DNA of 60,516 nucleotides from Gemmatimonadota bacterium (GCA_041488455.1 JBGPPG010000005.1:1-60516); one strand, 5' to 3'. Positions 52,911 to 60,456 are shown, counted from the stretch's first letter. Notes: generated from the sequence alone by a model not told the origin. Made by a program: numbers and translations.

Positions 52911-53633
52911 CTAGCGCGAGTGCGCCATGGCCTTCGTGCCCTTGGAGGCCTTAGCGATGAGCCCGGCCGCCGCGGCGGGCTGGGAAACGTAGATTGCGTG
53001 ACTTCCCGCCACCTCGACGACGGTCGCCCCTGCGCGCTTGGCCATGAACCGCTGGGCTGGCGGTGGAATCATGCGGTCATCGGTGGCGACCAGGTACCAG
53101 CTCGGCTTGGACCTCCAGGCTGGCTCGCTGATCGTCCCGCCGAGCGCCTCGAGGCCCCAAGGGACCTGGGCGTCTGCCATGAAGGCCGCCCGCTCTGGGT
53201 CGACGTCAGCCGCGAAGGAAGCGGCGAACTTTCCCCTGTCTAGGAGGAGATAGCCGTCCGTAGGCGGCAGGATTGGTGGGACCGGCGCGCCAGGTGGCGG
53301 ATCCTTGATTAGGGTGGACACCGACTCGCCCTTGTCCGGAGCGAAGGCGGCGATGTAGACGAGACCCACCACCTTGGGATCGTTGCCGGCTTCGGTGATC
53401 ACCGCGCCGCCGTACGAGTGACCAACGAGGATCACAGGGCCACTCTGCGCGGCCACAACGCGTCTAGTCGCGTTGACATCGTCGGCCAGCGAGATCGTCG
53501 GATTCTGGACAATGCTGACTGTAAGACCATCGCTGCGTAGGGCTTTGTAGACGGCCTCCCAGCCAGAGCCATCCACGAAACCGCCATGGACGAGAACGAT
53601 GTTCCTTGCCGCCGAGCCAGGTGTTTCAGGCAT
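52911..53633 (-). CDS. alpha/beta hydrolase
   Basis: 240 aa. NIVLVHGGFVDGSGW and the GHSYGG nucleophile elbow. AAGGAG 7 nt upstream. Confidence 0.85.
   Translation of the reverse strand: MPETPGSAARNIVLVHGGFVDGSGWEAVYKALRSDGLTVSIVQNPTISLADDVNATRRVVAAQSGPVILVGHSYGGAVITEAGNDPKVVGLVYIAAFAPDKGESVSTLIKDPPPGAPVPPILPPTDGYLLLDRGKFAASFAADVDPERAAFMADAQVPWGLEALGGTISEPAWRSKPSWYLVATDDRMIPPPAQRFMAKRAGATVVEVAGSHAIYVSQPAAAAGLIAKASKGTKAMAHSR
52912..52945 (-). repeat. copy 1 of a 34-35 bp duplication (3' end of the hydrolase gene)
   Basis: TAGCGCGAGTGCGCCATGGCCTTCGTGCCCTTGG here versus TAGCGCGAGTGCGTCCATGGCCTTCGTCCCTTTGG at 54753-54787. Confidence 0.7.
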
Positions 53634-53662
53634 GATGAGCTCCTTTCAAAGACACTGGGCAT

Positions 53663-53725
53663 CACCTGCGGGCGCAGGGCCCGCGGATCCGAGTTCTATG
53701 GTCCACCGCGGGCCGGCGCTCCGGC
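53663..53725 (-). repeat. intercistronic repeat family, copy C (diverged)
   Basis: CTGCGGGCGCAGGGCCCGCGGATCCGAGTTCTATGGTCCACCGCGGGCCGGCG aligns with copy B at roughly 80 percent. The TAG stop of the upstream gene lies inside the core. Confidence 0.6.
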
Positions 53726-54652
53726 CCGCACGGTTCTCCGGTACACATCGGTGCTCAAATATTTAAGGCCAGAGTCGGCCATGAGCGTGACCACCTTGGC
53801 ATCTGGCCCGAGCCGCTCCGCGACTCGAATCGCAGCGACGACGTTCGCTCCGGAAGACGTCCCCGCGAAGAGGCCCTCCTCCCGCGCGATGCGCCTCGCC
53901 ATGTCCTTCGCGTCGTCGGTGCTGACGGGCAGGATGTCGTCCACGAGCGTCGGCTCCCAGAGCGGAGGAGTGTAGCCAATCCCGACGCCTTCGATCTTAT
54001 GAGGGCCTGCCTGCCCTCCCAGCAACACCGAGGATTCCGCGGGTTCGACGACGACGCTCTTGATGCTCGGTTTGTATCGCTTCAGCACCGTGGCGACCCC
54101 ACGCGAAGAGGCCGCCGTACCCACGCAGTGAACGAAGGCGTCGATCTCCCCCTTCGTTTGACTCCAGATCTCCTCGCCCAGCGAGTAGTAGCCCGCGATG
54201 CTGTCCTGGTTGTTGAGCTGGTCGGTCCAGTAGGTGCGAGGCGCTTGGCTCAACCCGCGGGCAACCTCGATCATGTCCAGGATCAGCTTCTTGGTGGTGC
54301 GGCCTCCCTCGCTCGGGACGAGCGTCAGCTCAGCACCAAGCGCCGCCATGTGATCCAGCTTCTCCTGGCTGAACGCATCGGAGCTGACGATCAGGAGACG
54401 GTAGCCTCTGGCGGCGCAGACCAAGGCAAGCGATGCCCCTGTGCTGCCACCGGTGTAGTCGACGACCGTGTCTCCGGGCTTCAGGCGACCGTCCTCCTCC
54501 GCCCGTAAAATCACGGCCTGTGCCATCCGGTCCTTGACGCTGCCGGTTGGGTTCTCCCACTCGAGCTTCACGAAGATGTCCGCACAATTGGGTGGAACGA
54601 CCTTACGAAGTCGAACCATCGAGGTGTTTCCAATGGCATGGACAATGTCCAT
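53696..54652 (-). CDS. cysteine synthase / PLP-dependent beta-synthase family protein
   Basis: 318 aa. NPTGSVKDR (PLP lysine) and GTSSGAN motifs. Confidence 0.85.
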   Translation of the reverse strand: MDIVHAIGNTSMVRLRKVVPPNCADIFVKLEWENPTGSVKDRMAQAVILRAEEDGRLKPGDTVVDYTGGSTGASLALVCAARGYRLLIVSSDAFSQEKLDHMAALGAELTLVPSEGGRTTKKLILDMIEVARGLSQAPRTYWTDQLNNQDSIAGYYSLGEEIWSQTKGEIDAFVHCVGTAASSRGVATVLKRYKPSIKSVVVEPAESSVLLGGQAGPHKIEGVGIGYTPPLWEPTLVDDILPVSTDDAKDMARRIAREEGLFAGTSSGANVVAAIRVAERLGPDAKVVTLMADSGLKYLSTDVYRRTVRAGAPARGGP

Positions 54653-54655
54653 GGG

Positions 54656-54739
54656 TCAGGCTCCGAAAAAGATCTTCCGCTCCAGGAACAGGAACACGGC
54701 GACGTGGACGACGTTGATAGCGAGGATGAGCCCGAACAA
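54656..54739 (-). CDS. short hydrophobic ORF just upstream of the cysteine-synthase-like gene (start unclear)
   Basis: Frame ...TVAELFGLILAINVVHVAVFLFLERKIFFGA* has third-position GC about 88 percent. Its stop is 4 nt before ATG 54652. There is no convincing start or SD, so it may be a remnant. Confidence 0.3.
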   Translation of the reverse strand: MFGLILAINVVHVAVFLFLERKIFFGA

Positions 54740-54752
54740 CTCCGCGACGGTG

Positions 54753-54787
54753 TTAGCGCGAGTGCGTCCATGGCCTTCGTCCCTTTG
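54753..54787 (-). pseudogene. orphan 3' end of a paralogous alpha/beta hydrolase gene (last 12 codons or so plus stop)
   Basis: Near-identical to 52912-52945 with one 1-nt indel. It abuts repeat copy D directly. Confidence 0.6.
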
Positions 54788-54845
54788 GTTGCGAATTCTA
54801 CGCTCCGCTATCCGCACCGGCCGCGAAGGTGCGCCCTATCGAGTG
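54788..54845 (-). repeat. intercistronic repeat family, copy D
   Basis: GCGAATTCTACGCTCCGCTATCCGCACCGGCCGC; exact 13-mer at 54794-54806. Confidence 0.6.
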
Positions 54846-54857
54846 ATCGGGGTCGGG

Positions 54858-55199
54858 CTAACTACTTTGGTGGACGTACACCCACGCTTGTCTGCCGGAC
54901 GCGAGCATGGCGGCAACTCGCTTATATAGGAAGGCTGCTTCGTACTCGTCGACGCTGGCGAGTTCAGCGTCGGTGATCTCGAACACCATGCCGGGTACGC
55001 GGCTAGCTTCGTTTCCGTTGAACTTTGCGTTGGCGTGGTGTGTCTTCCCGCTTGTGATCACTACGTGTGGATCTTCGATCCTCACTAACGATTGCTCAAA
55101 CCTAAGAAGCTCGTCCCTCTGTCCATTGAGCCGTCTGCCAAGCGTCGATAGCTGCACATTTTCTTGTTGCAGGGTGCCGTATGAAAAGAGCAGTGGCAT
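54858..55199 (-). CDS. gamma-glutamylcyclotransferase-like (GGACT/AIG2) protein
   Basis: 113 aa. MPLLFSYGTLQ N-terminus. Visibly lower GC than its surroundings. Confidence 0.7.
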   Translation of the reverse strand: MPLLFSYGTLQQENVQLSTLGRRLNGQRDELLRFEQSLVRIEDPHVVITSGKTHHANAKFNGNEASRVPGMVFEITDAELASVDEYEAAFLYKRVAAMLASGRQAWVYVHQSS

Positions 55200-55236
55200 A
55201 GCGCGCGCGGTCCACTACATCGGGTTGCTTCGGACC

Positions 55237-55560
55237 CTAGCGCTGCGGGTCCACTCGGCGCATCTCCGATCCCTGCGCCAGCACCCGTTCGGCGAAGTCC
55301 AGGCGCTCCTGCGTCTCGCTCAGCTCCTGCCGCAGCTGGCTTGCGTCGGCCTCGAGCGCTTCGAGCCGAGCCTGGAGCTCGCTCCCGCCGGGAGGACCCT
55401 GCCGCAGGCGCTGGGCCCATAACCCGAACGCCACCGCGAGCGCCGCGTGAATCGTGGCATGCCACGGCTGGGCTTGCCCGGCCGCGAACCCGGCTCCGGC
55501 CAAGTTGATGACGCTCAGCACGACGGCGATCGGGTACCAGATCGCGGGCTTGAAGGTCAT
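55237..55560 (-). CDS. membrane-anchored coiled-coil protein, hypothetical
   Basis: 107 aa. Two TM helices, then LQARLEALEADASQLRQELSETQERL. Confidence 0.55.
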   Translation of the reverse strand: MTFKPAIWYPIAVVLSVINLAGAGFAAGQAQPWHATIHAALAVAFGLWAQRLRQGPPGGSELQARLEALEADASQLRQELSETQERLDFAERVLAQGSEMRRVDPQR

Positions 55561-55590
55561 GGCGAGATCCTTTCGAGTCTGCCTCGCGTG

Positions 55591-55944
55591 TTAGGCCGCC
55601 GGAGTTCCGGACTCACCGGGCGGCCCCTCGATCTCGAACTTCAAACGCCCCGGCCCCTCAACGTATGCAGCCCGCACGCCCCACGCCTTGTCGCTCGGAG
55701 GGTCCAGGGCCGCTGCACCCCGCTCGAGAACGGCGCGGAAGTCACGATCGCAGTCGTCAGTCTCGAAGCCAATCGTGGCGACACTGTCTGCCTCGGCGGC
55801 ATCCAGGATCAGCAAGAAGGCCCCGAAGCGGATGGTGGCCATCCGGTCGTTCTGGAACTGAGGCTCCAGCTGCCAGACCCGGTCGAGCCAGTCGAGGGCT
55901 GAACGGAGGTCGCGGACACCGAGGTGAATGTGATTGAGGTTCAT
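55591..55944 (-). CDS. VOC/glyoxalase family protein
   Basis: 117 aa. LNHIHLGVRDLRSALDWL pattern. Confidence 0.75.
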   Translation of the reverse strand: MNLNHIHLGVRDLRSALDWLDRVWQLEPQFQNDRMATIRFGAFLLILDAAEADSVATIGFETDDCDRDFRAVLERGAAALDPPSDKAWGVRAAYVEGPGRLKFEIEGPPGESGTPAA

Positions 55945-55959
55945 AGGGCGGTAAACTGG

Positions 55960-56221
55960 TTAGACAGCCACTGCAGAAGACGAATTGCAGGACTGCTCGG
56001 TCCTACGCTTATCGCGATCGCTGGATCCGAAGCGATCAATCTTCCAAATTCTCACCAACAACCCCCTGTCGTGTACCTCAACGGCACTTTGCTCTTTGTG
56101 GCTGGCCTCTCGATCGTCCGTGAGCAGCTCGAACGCCGTGTTCGCGTTGCTCATCGTTCTTCTCGCGATCGGGGTCGTCCTGACCTTCAAAGCGTATGGT
56201 TCCACGCAGGATCGTGAGTGA
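55960..56221. CDS. unresolved small ORF: either + 55985..56221 (tail-anchored TM peptide) or - 55960..56205 (hydrophilic)
   Basis: These two frames share the same wobble positions (about 71 percent GC), so codon bias cannot separate them. No family recognised. Confidence 0.3.
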
Positions 56222-56227
56222 CAGCGT

Positions 56228-57094
56228 TCACCCCTCGAGGCGGGCGTCCATGCCGAAATCAGCCTTCAACCGATCATACCAGGCATCGTCGTCCAAGGCT
56301 CCCCAGTCGACCCACTCCTCGTCGCTCATCGCCTTGCGCCATCCGAGAAACCCCTCCGCGTCAGGCCCCACCGGATGCCGCAGCCGCCACGTGCCGCTTT
56401 CGACGATTTCAACCACCTTCTCTCCCACCACTGAGGGCGGGGCGGGGTTCTTCAGCGAGGCTGTAAACATCGCGGCAAACCGGCGTTGCTGAGGATACGG
56501 CGATGGGTTCTGTGGCGTCTCGATGCGTCTGGCCATCGGTGTGTCGATGATGCCCGGCTCCACGATCGCGACCCGCACGTTGAACGGCTTCATTTCCTGG
56601 GCCAGCGACTCGCTGAGCGCCTCCAGGGCAAATTTCGAGGCCGTGTAGGGAGCCATGGGTGAACAAGCGACGTGACCTGCGACCGACGCGATATTGATGA
56701 TGCAGCCGCTACGGCGTTCCCGCATTGCCGGCAGCACACCCTGGATACAGCGGAGCGCGCCAAAGTAGTTCGTCTCCATCACCGCCCGGAACTCGGCCAA
56801 GGCAAGCTCCTCCACCGAGCCGGTGCGCTCAATACCCGCATTGTTGACGAGCACGTCGATTGCCCCGGCCTCGTTCACGATACGCTCGATCCCTGCCCTC
56901 ACCGACTCGTCGGAATCGACATCCATGGTGGCAATCGTGATGGGGAGCCCCTCTGATGCGGCGCGGTGCCCGAGCTCGGGGGCGCGACTTGGATTGCGCA
57001 TCGTCGCATAGACCTTGTGGCCGGCCTTGGCGAAGGCCACTGCGGTGGCCAACCCGATGCCCGAGCTGGTTCCTGTAATGAGGACTCGTGCCAT
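56228..57094 (-). CDS. SDR family oxidoreductase
   Basis: 288 aa from ATG 57094 (GGAG upstream). TGTSSGIG, NNAG and YTASK motifs. Confidence 0.85.
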   Translation of the reverse strand: MARVLITGTSSGIGLATAVAFAKAGHKVYATMRNPSRAPELGHRAASEGLPITIATMDVDSDESVRAGIERIVNEAGAIDVLVNNAGIERTGSVEELALAEFRAVMETNYFGALRCIQGVLPAMRERRSGCIINIASVAGHVACSPMAPYTASKFALEALSESLAQEMKPFNVRVAIVEPGIIDTPMARRIETPQNPSPYPQQRRFAAMFTASLKNPAPPSVVGEKVVEIVESGTWRLRHPVGPDAEGFLGWRKAMSDEEWVDWGALDDDAWYDRLKADFGMDARLEG

Positions 57095-57223
57095 CACCGA
57101 TCTCCTCTTGCATGGGACTTATGCGCCGGCACTGGCCTGATCGGGCGAAGGGTCTTCATTGTGGCAGCTCGCCCGGCGTGGCGATTCGCTTCTCAACCCG
57201 CGCACCTTCTTGAAGGAACCGTC

Positions 57224-57579
57224 ATGCACACCACTCTCAAGGATCTGGCCGCCATGGCCGCCTGCACCCTGCTCGCCACCAGGGCCGCCGCGCCCAGAGC
57301 GCCAAGGACATTCGCGGCCCGTCACCGTTGGTCGCCATCGAAAACGAAGCGGCGGCCAAGCTGATTGTCGATCCGCCGCTGCCCGAACCCCTGGCCCTGG
57401 GCCGCGTCTACATCCAGTACCGGACGGAGAACCTGCGCGTGGTGCCGGTGTTCGGCAAGGGCGCTCTCGACGTGTCGCCGCGCATCGGCCATATCCACAT
57501 CACCGTCGACGACGCGCCGTGGAGTCATCACCAGCGAAACGGTGAAGTTCACGCTCCCGATCCGAAAGCCCCAGAGTGA
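57224..57579 (+). pseudogene. DUF6130-like gene with N-terminal frameshift and internal deletion
   Basis: ATG 57224 (AAGGA upstream) opens the signal peptide MHTTLKDLAAMAACTLLATRAAA. The mature part (AQSAKDIRGPSPLVAIENEAAAKLIVDPPLPEPLA...HITVDDAPW) is in another frame. After DDAPW the coding signal jumps frame again (SETVKFTLP). Confidence 0.6.
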
Positions 57580-57588
57580 GGATCACTC

Positions 57589-57699
57589 ATCCCCAAAGAA
57601 AACAAGCTCGATCGTCGACGCTTTCTGGGAACCGCCGCTGCAAGCATCGTTGCCGCAGAGATGTCATTCGTGGGAGCTGCGTACGGGAACGCCTGCTGA
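57589..57699 (+). pseudogene. orphan twin-arginine signal peptide remnant
   Basis: Translation IPKENKLDRRRFLGTAAASIVAAEMSFVGAAYGNAC*. GAGGA lies 6 nt upstream of an ATC where ATG would be expected. A stop follows about 36 codons later. Confidence 0.45.
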
Positions 57700-57779
57700 G
57701 CCCACCTGGGCGTGGCGCTGTCCGCGCACGGGCGCGTTCCTGAACCATGACGTGGGGGGCTACCTGCTGCATGCCTGTG

Positions 57780-58016
57780 TTAGGCTCCGCCCCTGGTCCC
57801 CACGCCGAGGAGGCGCACGATCAGATAGACGCACCCCAGCGCGATCGCAATCTGCCCCGCCACGGTAAACCAAAACCATCCCGGCTGCCCCGCGCGATCG
57901 AAGTGGGCGCCGCGACTGGCCCGGGCTATCCCGGTGGTCAGGGCCCGAGCCGCATGGTAGGCGACCCAGAGGCCGAGGACGAGTGCGAGGATCACAGCGG
58001 CGCTTGTCGCGAGCAT
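57780..58016 (-). CDS. small membrane protein, hypothetical
   Basis: 78 aa from ATG 58016 in track ORF 57780..58088; two TM helices. Confidence 0.5.
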   Translation of the reverse strand: MLATSAAVILALVLGLWVAYHAARALTTGIARASRGAHFDRAGQPGWFWFTVAGQIAIALGCVYLIVRLLGVGTRGGA

Positions 58017-58050
58017 GGGATTCGGCGCTCCTGAAGCAGACACCGGCGGG

Positions 58051-58899
58051 TTAGGCGCCGTTGGCCACAATGGCATCAATCGCGGCAAAGGCTGCCCGAC
58101 AGACCCCTTGATCGTGGTCGTCTTCGGGCGAGTAGGAGGTGAGCGCGGCAGCGGCGAGCGGAACCCGGGCGCGGATTGCGGCCACGGCGGCGGTCAGCTG
58201 GGGAAGGGAGAGGCCGTTGGGGACCGGCAGGTAGTTCGCGTGGCCGACGGCGGGATCCAGCACATCGAGGTCCAAGTGGAGATAGCCGAGGGTATCCGCC
58301 AACGGCGTCCGCGCCAGGAGGCCCGGGAGCCCTTCCGGGATCTGCCCGACTGGGATGGCGGTAATGGCCGACCCCTGGAGAAGCGCCGCCTCTGGCCCAT
58401 CGAGGTCCCGGGCACCCAGCAGAAAGGTGGCCTCGGCCGCGACGGGCTGAAATCCCGGCACGGTGGCTCCCAGGTGATGCCAACACAGGCCCGTCGTCAT
58501 GGCGAGGCCCATGCCATCCAGGAAGCCGGTCGTGGTAGTCTCCGGCGTATTGCAGTCGCCGTGGGCATCGAACCAGAATGTGGCGCGGCGCGCGGGCGTC
58601 AGGCCGCTCAGGGTGCCCACTGCCGTGTTGCAATTGCCGCTGAGCACCAGCGGAAAGTGACCGGCAGTCCGAGCGGACCGAACGGCAGTGGCTAGTCGCC
58701 GGGCCAGTTCGAACGCGGTCCGGATTTCGGCGGGTGGGTACGCCGGGTCATCCTCGACGATGTGGATGGCGGTAACGACGTGTCCCTGACGGTGGAGGTG
58801 AGCAGGGAGCCCGGCACGGAGGAGGTGCTCGGGGCCGGCCCCGCAGCGCCAGGCGCGCTGGCCGGAATCGTATGGGACGAGCAGAAGTTGGATATCCAT
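58051..58899 (-). CDS. arginase family hydrolase (arginase/agmatinase/formimidoylglutamase-like)
   Basis: 282 aa from ATG 58899. DAHGD and HLDLDVLDP manganese-ligand motifs. Confidence 0.8.
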   Translation of the reverse strand: MDIQLLLVPYDSGQRAWRCGAGPEHLLRAGLPAHLHRQGHVVTAIHIVEDDPAYPPAEIRTAFELARRLATAVRSARTAGHFPLVLSGNCNTAVGTLSGLTPARRATFWFDAHGDCNTPETTTTGFLDGMGLAMTTGLCWHHLGATVPGFQPVAAEATFLLGARDLDGPEAALLQGSAITAIPVGQIPEGLPGLLARTPLADTLGYLHLDLDVLDPAVGHANYLPVPNGLSLPQLTAAVAAIRARVPLAAAALTSYSPEDDHDQGVCRAAFAAIDAIVANGA

Positions 58900-58939
58900 G
58901 CGGGAGATCAGGGAAGACGGAAGGCGCCCAACGACGCTG

Positions 58940-59003
58940 TTCGCCACCGGCTATCGGGGCCAGACAGAGCTGATGCGTTCCGCGCCCCGCAGCTGCATCC
59001 GCG
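58940..59003 (-). repeat. intercistronic repeat family, partial copy E (modules rearranged)
   Basis: TTCGCCACCGGCTATCGGGG (58940-59), then GAGCTGATGCGTTCCGCGCCCCGCAGCTGCATCCGCG. The hairpin module is inverted relative to copy B. Confidence 0.45.
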
Positions 59004-59020
59004 TGTTAGACGCCGGCGGA

Positions 59021-59191
59021 TCATGGATGCTTCGAATCTCCAGGGTTGACCTCAGCACCAACCTCCGGGGGCGACCCAGGCCTTGTCGCGATGCGCCAGG
59101 TCAGGACGAGCGAGATCGCACCGATGCCGATGAGCGCGAGCAGGGTCATGTAGAAGACCGGATCCCCAAAGCGCGGGGGTTTGCGGTTCAT
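59021..59191 (-). CDS. small membrane protein, hypothetical
   Basis: Track ORF 59021..59221; one TM helix (FYMTLLALIGIGAISLVL). Start uncertain (ATG 59191 or GTG 59221). Confidence 0.45.
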   Translation of the reverse strand: MNRKPPRFGDPVFYMTLLALIGIGAISLVLTWRIATRPGSPPEVGAEVNPGDSKHP

Positions 59192-59268
59192 GGTTTCGTG
59201 CTCGGCCGCTGAAGTCGGCACTGCTCAATTGGGCGAAGCCGAGTCCCGGCCGTGCGCCTAACGAAAAT

Positions 59269-59303
59269 GCGTATCAGCTGCGGGCGATCGTGCCCTCGCG
59301 CGG
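59269..59303 (-). repeat. hairpin module of the repeat family (copy H)
   Basis: GCGTATCAGCTGCGGGCGATCGTGCCCTCGCGCGG here versus CAGCTGCGGGCGAGGCACCCGCGG in copy B. Confidence 0.45.
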
Positions 59304-59311
59304 CAGCAAGC

Positions 59312-59818
59312 TCAGCGGGATACCCGAAATGGCTCCGCCTCGGCCAAGTATGTCTCGAACTCCTGATCCAAAGCCACCCGGCGTTCGCGCCACAATGCGC
59401 GCATTGCCCGCTCGTCGGGCACCCTCCAGTACCCGGGCGAGACCAGCGCCGCTGCCCGGTCTAGCGCCAAGAGGATGACGGCCGCGACCGGATACGAGCT
59501 CTGCTCCGCGCTCTGCACCCGCCGTATGGCTTCCTCGAAGACCGCATCCCCCACGTGCAATGTGACGGGCCCGAAGAAGCGATAGCCTCGCCGGGACAAC
59601 TGGTCGACCACATTGAGCTCCATCCAGGGCCGGGCTTGAAGGTTCGCCCGAGTTCCGGGCGAAGCGATGTCCAAGAAGAATAGGTGCTGGTCATCCCAGA
59701 CTCGAATGGTCCCTTTCGGCGACACGTTCGGCTTGCCGTCCGGCGACACGGTACCGGCAAAGCACAGGTGGGCGGCCTGAATTACGGCCCGCATGTCGGC
59801 AGTCAGCGTCACGCTCAT
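59312..59818 (-). CDS. pyridoxamine 5'-phosphate oxidase family protein
   Basis: 168 aa from ATG 59818 in track ORF 59312..59896. CFAGTVSPDGKPNVSPKGT...LFFLDIASPGTRANL pattern. Confidence 0.75.
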   Translation of the reverse strand: MSVTLTADMRAVIQAAHLCFAGTVSPDGKPNVSPKGTIRVWDDQHLFFLDIASPGTRANLQARPWMELNVVDQLSRRGYRFFGPVTLHVGDAVFEEAIRRVQSAEQSSYPVAAVILLALDRAAALVSPGYWRVPDERAMRALWRERRVALDQEFETYLAEAEPFRVSR

Positions 59819-59850
59819 CTTGGCCTCTCGTGCTAGGTGCCTGACGACAC

Positions 59851-59890
59851 GGCGCATCAGCTGCAGGCTCTCAAGCCCGCGCCTGCGCTG
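59851..59890 (-). repeat. hairpin module of the repeat family (copy K)
   Basis: GGCGCATCAGCTGCAGGCTCTCAAGCCCGCGCCTGCGCTG. It shares the CAGCTGC...stem layout and lies 35-70 nt upstream of ATG 59818. Confidence 0.4.
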
Positions 59891-59949
59891 ACTCACGTTC
59901 GGCAGCGTGCGTGATGGTTAGCTCGCGCTCCGGGTGGTATCCCTCGCTC

Positions 59950-60456
59950 TCACTCCGCGCGACTCCACGGGAGGGTACGGTTCGCGAAGCTGGTCTCGCC
60001 TCGCAATAGATGATAGAGATAGGAGCCCAGGCAGAATCGGCCAAGCACGAGAGCGCCCAGAGCGACAGCAACCAGTCCCTCAAGGATCCAGGCAAGGCGA
60101 GGCCATCCGGTGAGTAACGCGAGCCCGGCGCCGCCGAGGATCGTCCCGGCCATCCCCTGGGCAAAGCGGCGTGGCGGTGGGGCTGGGGTGAGCGAGGGGA
60201 GGTGCCGGGGCCCTGCGATGGCCCGATTGTAGAGCGCGTCAAACGGATTTCGGCGGGGAATCAAGACATTCCACAATAGAATGCCGGCCAAAACCAAAAA
60301 CATCGCCGCGGACTGGAGCAGGATGGCCAGCAGGACAATGGCGGCCAAAAGGCGCGGCTGGAACATGAGGGCCGCGTACTGGTACGCGCAGCTCGCCGCG
60401 GGGGCGTCGCCAGCGCCCTGCTGGCGGACGAACTGACGCTTCGCGATTTCGGACAT
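59950..60456 (-). CDS. DUF4395 family membrane protein
   Basis: 168 aa from ATG 60456 in track ORF 59950..60513. NPFDALYNR...PRRFAQGMG...CLGSYLYHLL pattern. Confidence 0.7.
   Translation of the reverse strand: MSEIAKRQFVRQQGAGDAPAASCAYQYAALMFQPRLLAAIVLLAILLQSAAMFLVLAGILLWNVLIPRRNPFDALYNRAIAGPRHLPSLTPAPPPRRFAQGMAGTILGGAGLALLTGWPRLAWILEGLVAVALGALVLGRFCLGSYLYHLLRGETSFANRTLPWSRAE

Noticed and set aside
55924-56221. Frameshifted membrane protein joining track ORF 55924..56217 (IAGLLGPTLIAIAGSEAINL...LFVAGLSIVRE) to the TM helix of ORF 55985..56221
   Set aside because: Third-position GC is about 71 percent throughout in the 55985 frame (shared with the antisense 55960..56205 frame). In the 55924 frame it is only about 56 percent, then 33 percent. 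No frame switch is supported, so the locus is reported as one unresolved small ORF.
49770-59890. Interpretation of the repeat-bearing gaps as a classical integron cassette array (attC sites)
   Set aside because: I looked for R''(RYYYAAC)/R'(GTTRRRY) pairs. Only one gap (58926-59011) gives a plausible 86-bp attC-like layout. Several gaps are 20-35 nt, too short. GCCTAAC/GTTAGGC matches mostly coincide with TAA/TAG stop codons. No intI is in the window. It is kept only as a minor alternative in the repeat finding.
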